Shown in pieces: positions 1 to 7,086 of a DNA stretch of 10,515 nucleotides. The DNA lies in assembly GCF_006345805.1 (NCBI RefSeq), contig NW_021827382.1, forward strand, positions 1 through 10,515. The letters are read 5' to 3'. Both the position numbers and the translations under genes were made by a program. Each line of letters starts with the position of its first letter. The stretch's first letter is position 1. The notes beneath the pieces are model-generated. The model did no database searches. It was not told where the DNA came from and saw nothing but the letters and a program-made list of their open reading frames with translations. This DNA comes from Octopus sinensis (lineage: Eukaryota).

Positions 1-78
1 TGTATGTGTGTATGAATGTATGAATGTATATATATATATATATATATATAATATATTTATATATATGAATGTATATAT
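1..78. repeat. Compound (TG)/(ATGA)/(TA)n microsatellite
   Basis: Directly visible tgtatgtgtg, atgaatgt units and a TA run. Confidence 0.9.
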
Positions 79-298
79 AATTGAGATTCAGTTGAATTAG
101 GAACTTAAGTTGAAGCACCAAGTCAGTCCAGTATTATTCTCAGAGCTCTTAGTAAGGTGAATAAAATCAAAATAACTGTAGTCTATTCTTAGCTAAAATA
201 GCGACAACATGAATTTCTTCCATCTTCTTGGTCTGTTAAAGTATCTGAGAAAAATTATATTAATGTGTCCAACTGGTTAAAATTCTATTTATTTATTT

Positions 299-386
299 AT
301 GCAGCTGATGATAGCACTACATTTAAATTGATGCAATGATGGCATCATTCAATCAAATGGAACCGCTTGAAACGGCCGTACTGCAT
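299..386 (+). ncRNA. Type I hammerhead ribozyme, PLE-type with palindromic stem III
   Basis: Stem I ATGCAG(299-304)/CTGCAT(381-386); core CTGATGA 305-311; stem II base AGC(313-315)/GCT(365-367) with extended hairpin; GAAA 369-372; perfect palindrome ACGGCCGT 372-379; cleavage triplet GTA 378-380. Only deviation: T312/T368 mismatch at position 10.1/11.1. Confidence 0.75.
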
Positions 387-417
387 CACTTCTTGATATC
401 CTGTTGCTTCTTTTCAT

Positions 418-503
418 TACATACATACATACTACATATATGCTATATATATATAATATATATATATAATATATATATATATTATATATAATATATATAC
501 ATA
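418..503. repeat. (ATAC)n/(TA)n microsatellite
   Basis: Directly visible. Confidence 0.9.
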
Positions 504-852
504 CAACACCCGTTGAGTTCATTTACGGGAAACGCTTTTGTGTCTGCATATAAAAGCTCCTATTATATATAGTCCGTTACCTCTTAGTGATTCCATCCTG
601 CTACAACAGTTTTGTGGAATCGTACCAAGCTGTGCCGATATATCGTAGTATAAATATATACATATAGTACTAATAATCCATCGATGGAATTTATAAATAT
701 TTTAATGCATCGCTACGCGCGTTTTCACAAATCAAATATTTTGGTGACCATGGGATGGTGACCTGGGATGGTTACAATACAATCTGTAATACCCAAAGAC
801 AAGGGAGGGTCTTTGTTCATGCGTTTATTTTTTCAATCGATTATCTTCTTAT

Positions 853-855
<3 letters not shown>

Positions 856-912
<57 letters not shown>
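856..912. repeat. (TA)n microsatellite abutting the 5'-truncated LINE
   Basis: Directly visible TA run. Confidence 0.95.
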
Positions 913-913
<1 letters not shown>

Positions 914-1267
914 GCCAAGGACTCCAAATTTGCCATCAAGATGTAGGACAAGATACTGTGATAGCCTGGGCTTCCGAGGCCCACAGCTCTTCAATATCCT
1001 CCCGAAGAACCTAAGAGGCCTGCATGGGGTGGATGCAGATGTCTTTAAAATGAAGCTGGATCTCTTCTTGTCAGGTATCCCAGATGAACCAACTTCACGG
1101 CAGGAGGTGCAGATGAGGGAAGCTGCATCGAACTCTCTCATGCACCAAATGGCAATTGCTAAAAAGCATTCGTGAAGTAAAACCATGTAGCAACACCAAA
1201 TGGCGGTGCCCCAGCATGGCCACAGCTCGTGAGCTGAAACTAGAATCAATCAATCAATCAATCAATC
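912..1267 (+). mobile_element. 5'-truncated CR1/L2-group non-LTR retrotransposon: ORF2 C-terminus, 3'UTR and (AATC)6 tail
   Basis: Frame 912-1175 reads SLGFRGPQLFNILPKNLR...DVFKMKLDLFLSGIPDEP...AASNSL, the typical C-terminal pattern of CR1/L2-like ORF2 (GPxLFNxLP...FKxxLDxFL...PDEP); stop 1173-1175; 3'UTR stem-loop CAGCT-CGTG-AGCTG 1223-1236; (AATC)6 tail 1244-1267. The ATG at 912 is probably created at the microsatellite junction. Confidence 0.8.
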
Positions 1268-1274
1268 ATATATA

Positions 1275-1313
<39 letters not shown>

Positions 1314-1342
1314 AAGAGAGAAATAGAAGGAGAGAGAGAGAG
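1268..1342. repeat. (TA)/(TG)n then GA-rich microsatellite
   Basis: Directly visible after the LINE tail. Confidence 0.9.
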
Positions 1343-1593
1343 GCAATTATGCGGATAAAAGAGCTTAATATATTAAATATAATGTAATACAGTTAGCTAT
1401 CCACATTTAATGATTCCATCTTTGAACTTCTCTGCATTAATATCTGAAATGTGAGATCTTCTCTACCCTGATGACGGAGGCACGTCTTAGCCAATGTTGA
1501 TTGCCTCCATTACGGCCGCATATTGTGATCAACTACATCTACCAAGATTATTATGGATCTCCAAGCCCCCAGAAACAGCTGTTGAACTTATAA

Positions 1594-1761
1594 CACCTTG
1601 CTTCCGCACCTCTCCTCCGCACCTTGCTTCCGCACCTTGCTTCCGCACCTTGCTTCCGCACCTTGCTTCCGCACCTTGCTTCCGCACCTTGCTTCCGCAC
1701 CTTGCTTCCGCACCTTGCTTCCGCACCTTGCTTCCGCACCTTGCTTCCGCACCTTGCTTCC
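1594..1761. repeat. 13-bp minisatellite (CACCTTGCTTCCG) x ~12.9
   Basis: 12 full units plus 12 of 13 nt; unit 2 (1607-1619, CACCTCTCCTCCG) has 3 differences, all others identical. Confidence 0.97.
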
Positions 1762-1867
1762 ACTTCTAGCTGGGTATCATTCGAAACCTACAACAATGCA
1801 GGGAAGCACATTGTGACTAGCGGTTTATAGCAAAATTGAGTAGTGTGGTCTACATAGTGATACAGTA

Positions 1868-1898
<31 letters not shown>

Positions 1899-1940
1899 AT
1901 ATGGTGGGTGTATACATATGTATGTATACATCAATGTGCT
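1868..1940. repeat. (TA)n / TATG microsatellite
   Basis: Directly visible. Confidence 0.85.
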
Positions 1941-1989
1941 CGTAAATACATATATATTTTAAGATTATGTGTAGTGAGAAAAAAGAAAG

Positions 1990-2048
1990 ATAAAGAGAGA
2001 GAGAGAGAGAGAGAGTGAGAGAAAGGGAGATAGAGAAAAAGAGGAGAG
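1990..2048. repeat. (GA)n microsatellite
   Basis: Directly visible. Confidence 0.9.
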
Positions 2049-3012
2049 AATCTTTGCTTTGACGAGCGGTAAGTTAAGGAATGGTTTGGGAACTTGCTAA
2101 AGGACTTCTTAAGGGACTAGAAATAGATCTCTTGAAAAAGTCCCGTGTACAATTGGAAGCAACACATCACGAACTGATTTAGAGATTAGAAACGAGTTTA
2201 TGTAAAAATCAAATCACACAGGTGAGATAGCAACTGAGCATGCGCAATGATTTTTAAAAAAAGAGCAATATAAAAAATTCGATGTCAACGAGTATAAAAA
2301 TTATGGTTGTAAGGATAATGTTTTTTTCCTGTTGAAGAAATGTAAAATAGCGATACCTGTGGCCGTCGTATATAAGTGGATAAACAGGATTAAATACGCG
2401 AATCAACTCATTCAGTATATTTATAGCTTAATTGTATTTTTTTTCAGCTGATTGTGAAGGATTCGCTAATAACAGCTGAACGGTCTTAAATTACACTCGG
2501 CGCGGCTTCACAAAGTAACGTTGTTATCTTACGTTAATTACTTTTCACTGTACGTCAACGGAGTCTATTTTAACGTCACCAAAAAGAATATATGGTCTGT
2601 GTCGGTTGAAATAAGTTCACTTCTTTCTGTCTACAGTTGGAGTTGAGGTAGAGGTAGAGGATGATACAGGTTTTTTCTGTAAGACATAGGTTGCACAACA
2701 CTGATTTGTTAGATAATATGCTACCAAACATTGGAACTTTATTATCAAGTATTCTTCATACTCGTGGAATTTCCTTTAAGTCTTGATCTCCAGATATATT
2801 TAGAAAGAATGGTCACAATCTCTAGCTGCTAGAATTGGAACGAACAGATAAAATAAACTGATGTCCATTGCGTAGATTATGGTTGGCAAAGTATCTGGAA
2901 AGGGTCAGTTCAAAGTTGAAACCCGAGAAAGATTTATTTTATGAGAGACCAGTTGCTGCCCACGTAGCAAGCTTCTTTGTCACCGATGTTCGCTCAGGTA
3001 AAAGCATGGCCA

Positions 3013-3016
3013 GAGG

Positions 3017-3085
<69 letters not shown>
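3013..3085. repeat. (GA)n microsatellite
   Basis: Directly visible. Confidence 0.95.
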
Positions 3086-3120
3086 GAGTACGGTGAACCC
3101 AGAACACAAAGAACTGGAAC

Positions 3121-3345
3121 AAATATTCTTTTCTACTCTAGGCACAAGGCCCGAAATTTTGGGGGAGGTGGGGCAGTCGATAAGATCGACCCTAGTACGC
3201 AACTGCTACTTAATGTATCAACCCCGAAAGGATGAAAGTCAAAGTCGACCTCGGCGTAATTTGAACTCAGAACATAAAGACAGTCGAAATCCCGCTAAGC
3301 ATTTCACCCGGCCTGCTAACGTTTCCGCCAGCTCCTCGCCGCCTT
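3121..3345 (-). mobile_element. tRNA-derived SINE, near full length (family 1)
   Basis: Minus strand: head GGCGGCGAGGAGCTGGCGGAAACGTTAGC (A-box-like), GAGTTCAAATT (B-box-like), central CTTTGACTTTCATCCTTTCGGGGTTGATACATTAAGTAGCAG, tail GGGCCTTGTGCCTAGAGTAGAAAAGAATATTT. Clearly homologous to 3992-4165 and 8375-8567 within the window. Confidence 0.85.
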
Positions 3346-3544
3346 AGAACCGGAACACGCATTGCAAAGCCTTTTGTCCGATGCATCGCCAATCCATTGC
3401 CCTGAGTTCGTATTTTATTTATCACGCACGAGAGGATATAAGCCATTGTTGACTTCCGTGGGATTTCAGCTCAGACCGTAGTTAAATACTGCAAAGCATG
3501 TTGTCCTTTGTTTTAACATTTTGTTAGTTTAACCACCCTCAGCA

Positions 3545-3685
3545 GGTACTTTAGTTTATCGAACCTGGAAGAATGGATTTGCAAAGTTGACCTCAGCGGG
3601 ACTCGAATTCTGAATGTAAAACGTGGTAACTAATCATCGCAAAACATTTTGTCTGTTACTGGAACGATTCTGCTAATATTCCACT
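3545..3685 (-). mobile_element. Old, diverged copy of SINE family 1 (head plus central domain)
   Basis: gtactttagtttatcgaacctggaagaatgg...gcaaagttgacctcagcgggactcgaa...aacgattctgcta aligns loosely with the 3200-3330 part of the previous copy. Confidence 0.6.
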
Positions 3686-3880
3686 ACTTATGACTCTAAA
3701 ACTTAGAATATGTTCTATTTAAAAAAAAAAAAATGTTATTTATAATTCAACTTTTTCTGACCCAATTAGTTATCAGGCTATGTCTATGCTATTGCTGGTT
3801 CTTACGCTGTGTTTACCTGTAATTAAAATCGATTACTTCATCAGTAAACCACTTATCATTTATAGGCTGACTATATAATT

Positions 3881-3991
3881 CATCCTTTCGGGGGTCGATT
3901 AAATAAGTACCAGTTCTGCACTGGGGTCGATGCAATTGACTTAATTGCTTCCTTCAAATTTCAGGTCTTGTGCCTTACAATAGAAAGGATT
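3881..3991 (+). mobile_element. SINE family 1, 3' half (central domain plus tail)
   Basis: catcctttcgggggtcgattaaataagtaccagtt...ggggtcgat...caggtcttgtgccttacaatagaaaggat matches the central and tail parts of the other copies. Confidence 0.8.
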
Positions 3992-4165
3992 AAGGCAGTG
4001 AGCTGGCAGAATCGTTAGTTGGCTGGGACGAAATGCTTAGCGGCATTTCGCCCGTCGCTACGTTCTGAGTCTGAATTCCGCCGAGGTCGACTTTGCCTTT
4101 CATCATTTCGGGATCGATTAATTAAGAACCAATTGAACACTGGGGTCGATGTAATCGACTTAACT
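3992..4165 (+). mobile_element. SINE family 1, head plus central domain, tail missing
   Basis: aaggcagtgagctggcagaatcgttag (A box) ... gttctgagtctgaattccgccgaggtcgactttgcctttcatc...ggggtcgatgtaatcgact. Confidence 0.85.
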
Positions 4166-4470
4166 ACTCCTGGGTATGAGTATAAAAAAAAAAAATGCAT
4201 CTCTCTGCCAAGCCACGCTGAGCCAGTTTGACAGAGTAGGCTCATCAAACCAGCATGATCTCAAACTTAAATTCACGCCCTACACATCAGATTGTGGTTG
4301 GGTGGAGAGAACATACCGAGACCTTTATTCTGTAGTGGATTACATGAGTAATCCAGATCTAATCATTTATACAAAGCCGTCTGAGATACTTAGACCTCTC
4401 CCTTTTCGAATCACGTACCTTCTGGCATTTTATTTCGAAGATACTCGTGGAAATAATCACAAGAATACAG

Positions 4471-4553
4471 TGGCAGTAAGATTAAGAAATTCACCTTGTA
4501 AACACGAAGTTTGGGATTTGGTCTTACAGATAGAAAGCTTCGGCAAGTTTTTC
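4471..4553 (+). mobile_element. Possible highly degenerate tRNA-like SINE head (second family)
   Basis: tggcagtaagattaagaaattcaccttgtaaacacgaagtttgggatttggtctt has A-box/B-box-like spacing; resemblance is from recollection only. Confidence 0.3.
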
Positions 4554-5270
4554 GTAATCATATTCTTGAGTAGAACAAAAAAAAAACAAGCGAGAGAAAT
4601 TTGATAGACGGGCAAACTGTATGCGAGAGCGTTCCTGGTTTTGTTCGCTCTCTTAATCCTTTGCTTGGATTAAGCATTACCACACTGGACGATGAGGGTG
4701 AACGTCTTTTGTGGAAACCACTGTCGGAAGCATCCGGGTCAAAAAACGGATGGGAGAGGATAATTTCTCTTTAATTCCTTACTTTATTACATCATTGTGT
4801 GAGACTCTGGAAGCGCCATAAACACCACCTCTCCTTTTCTGTTTTCACTAAGCAATAAAAGATCCCCACCAAACACCAAACTAGCCTACCCCCCAGAATA
4901 ATAGCTGATGTAAATCCAGAACAGTAGCTCAGAGACAATCGAATTCCATGTTGCATTAATGCTCATCCGGAATTTGGACTTTAACCCCAGCTATATCCCG
5001 GAGCCGGTAACTACACAATGCAAATATAATTGTATCAGTGCACTACATACAAAATCGAATCTGTTCCTCTGGAATGGTCAGCAATATGTTATTTCTCTTT
5101 CGACAAGTCGGCTGATACACGCTTTGAGGTCAGCCACATTTGTTAGGGTTATAACCTGAGGATTTTGCCTGGGTGAGGTGAAGAATAACAAATAACTGTA
5201 GTTATAAACTGTGCGATAATGAAGAGAGGCATAAATATGTTCTCACATTAACACGTTCAGTGATACGCAC

Positions 5271-5340
5271 ACATACACACAAGCACACACACACACACAC
5301 ACACACACTCAGGGATACGAATACACACACTCACACGTAT
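5271..5340. repeat. (CA)n microsatellite
   Basis: Directly visible. Confidence 0.9.
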
Positions 5341-5399
5341 ATTCCAAGCATATGTTTCCTATGAGCATATCCTTCGAAGGCGATTTTTCATCCACGTCT

Positions 5400-5451
5400 G
5401 TCTTTGTCTGCCTATCTGCCTGTCTGTATATATATATATATATATATATAT

Positions 5452-5517
<66 letters not shown>

Positions 5518-5752
5518 ATATATATATATTATAATATAATATATATTATACATATATATATACATATACATACATATATATACATAAAATTATATATATA
5601 TATAATATATATTAGCTATATATATCTACATATATATATTACAGAGAGAGATAGATAGATAGATAGACAGACACATACATACACATACGCGTGCGCGTGC
5701 ACACACACACACACACACACATATATATACACACACATTATCTCTCTCTATA
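5400..5752. repeat. Compound microsatellite: TCTG, long interrupted (TA)n, GA/GATA, CA
   Basis: Directly visible; source of the YI/IY-repeat ORFs. Confidence 0.95.
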
Positions 5753-5825
5753 TATTGGGTCATCCCATAAATAATGCCTTTTTTATACTTTTATTTTTCA
5801 AAATTAAGATAAGTAAAGTTCTATT

Positions 5826-6471
5826 TTAATCTAAAATATACTCTCCTTCATTTTCTATAATGTTCTCCCATCAATCCGGTAGACTTTCAAGGCCCCTCTT
5901 CCAAAATTCACTTGCCCTTGATGAAGAATACTCTTCCAATACAGTTCTGACGTCGTCCACAGAATTCATTTTTTTCTGTCCAAAGGATTTTGAAGAGTGC
6001 GGAATAAATGATAATCAGGTGGGACAATGTCCGGCGAATATAGTGAGTGGGGTGTCGTTTCCCATTCAATCTACTCCAGCCTTTGTAATGTTATCCTCGC
6101 TGTATGTGGCCGACTATTATCATGATGGAAGAACACCTCTCATCTTGAAACAAAATATTCTGACTTCACCGATGGCACGTAGGTGCCGATGAATGGTTGA
6201 ATGACCAAATCCAAGCTTCTCTGCTATCTCCTCAACAGGTCGATGGGATTTCGTTCCACCAGAGTTCGCAGGACGTCCTCGTCGAGCTCTACAGCTCTTC
6301 CAAGACAAGGCTTGTCTTCTAGGCTATAGTTTCCGGTTCGGAAATTCTGGAGCCGTCGTTGTCACAGTCCGATCCCCATATACTACATAAATATTTCTCG
6401 CACTTTCCATTGTGTTGTCGCCTTAACTCATAAAACAAAATATGCCGAATATGCTCCTTTGTCGCTTCCAC
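5826..6471 (-). pseudogene. Mariner transposase pseudogene
   Basis: Minus strand, several frames: (V)EATKEHIRHILFYE...FRTGNYSLED...ELDEDVLRTLVERNP...VEEIAEKLGFGHSTIHRHLRAIG [deletion] FFHHDNSRPHTARITLQRLE*IEWETTPHSLYSPDIVPPDYHLFRTLQN...EGEYILD*; 34 residues between the 2nd and 3rd catalytic D; stops and frameshifts; start codon is now GTG at 6469-6471. Confidence 0.92.
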
Positions 6472-6559
6472 TATAGCTTTGAAAAAAATAACTGTTAAAA
6501 TCGAACTGCACTCTTTAAAATTTACACTAAGAATAAGGACAAGGTAAAATTATTTCCTG

Positions 6560-6567
6560 CTTTTATA
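6560..6567 (-). promoter_or_regulatory. Candidate TATA box of the mariner transposase promoter
   Basis: TATAAAAG on the minus strand ~90 nt upstream of the transposase start; common motif in AT-rich DNA. Confidence 0.25.
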
Positions 6568-6916
6568 GCAAGTTGATGCAGGTAGTTTATCCCGTCCCCC
6601 TTCTGAATTTACTTCATGCAATTGAAAAAATAAAAAGCAGTGACAAAATCATCATCAACATAAAAAAACAAAAACATTAGACGGGATGGTCACGGCTTCT
6701 ACATGTGGAATCATTACCAATCTTCTCTCCGTTCAAGAAATTATGTAATTCGAACAAACATTTTAAGAAATCCATGTCACTGCAACTTTGTGTTAGCAAT
6801 GCATCTTAAGTTGCAATGCTGCAATCGCCAGTTCTTTCATGCATTTCTATAACTGGAATGATAACACTGGCCTACGCTAATGAATTTAACATTAGAAAAG
6901 GACGTCTACAAGGGGA

Positions 6917-7002
6917 GGACTAAAGAGTTTTGTACATAGGCGGTGTGCTCCAGCATGGCCGCAGTCAAATATCTGAAACAAGTAAAAGAGAGTAAAAAAG
7001 AG
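6917..7002 (+). mobile_element. Retroposon 3' tail fragment sharing sequence with the LINE 3'UTR
   Basis: ggcggtgtgctccagcatggccgcagtcaaatatctgaaacaagt aligns with LINE 1202-1242 ggcggtgccccagcatggccacagctcgtgagctgaaacta; ends in gagagtaaaaaagagt. Confidence 0.75.
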
Positions 7003-7086
7003 TATACATACATATACATAGAAATATATATATATATATACGCATACATACACCCGCACACACATATGTACATATACATATATGTA
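7003..7086. repeat. (TA)/(ATAC)/(CA) microsatellite
   Basis: Directly visible. Confidence 0.9.

Larger units (their letters stand above)
5753..6692 (-). mobile_element. Internally deleted mariner (DD34D) DNA transposon, cecropia/mellifera-like TIR
   Basis: TA (5753-5754) followed by TIR TTGGGTCATCCCATAAATAATGCC; subterminal inverted match 5788-5801 vs 6622-6637; degenerate opposite TIR (catta..gggatg, 6675-6688). The right boundary is uncertain (6640-6692). Confidence 0.85.

Noticed and set aside
755-1249. ORFs 755-946 (+) and 833-1249 (-)
   Set aside because: Span the (TA)n tract and are out of frame or antisense to the LINE ORF2.
1571-1585. GAAACAGCTGTT with palindrome ACAGCTGT
   Set aside because: Looks like the 3' half of a hammerhead but no CTGANGA core lies at a suitable distance upstream.
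1494-1830. Five overlapping ORFs with 13-aa periodicity; also considered as a CRISPR-like array
   Set aside because: The 13-nt unit has no stop in any frame, giving 39-nt periodic peptides; units are contiguous with no spacers, so not CRISPR.
2637-2678. Possible small host exon after ttcacttctttctgtctacag (VGVEVEVEDDTG)
   Set aside because: Acceptor-like signal only; donor is weak and nothing independent supports it. Needs RNA-seq.
3270-3345. tRNA gene in SINE heads (also 3992-4080, 8490-8567)
   Set aside because: A/B-box-like motifs are present but no cloverleaf, and they continue into SINE body sequence.
2868-3347. 159-aa ORF and overlapping 2939-3202 ORF
   Set aside because: Read through a (GA)n tract and the antisense SINE; RERE/SLSL content is repeat-derived.
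4219-4248. TGAGCC/GGCTCA hairpin with TTGATGA on the minus strand
   Set aside because: No GAAA after the stem; C3 absent.
4176-4604. 142-aa ORF
   Set aside because: Non-ATG start in a poly-A run, no recognisable domain, crosses probable repeat fragments.
4685-4725. CTGGACGA...GAAAC-CACT-GTC hammerhead-like string
   Set aside because: Core has an insertion, and neither stem I nor stem II pairs.
5352-5658. YI-repeat ORFs (also 6906-7205, 8096-8315)
   Set aside because: Microsatellite translations.
5860-6192. 110-aa plus-strand ORF
   Set aside because: Antisense to the mariner transposase.
6766-6848. Nested inverted repeats AGAAATCCATG/CATGCATTTCT and TGCAACTT/AAGTTGCA as pre-miRNA or MITE
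   Set aside because: Very asymmetric interior (4 vs 22 nt), short stems and no TSD; compatible with chance.
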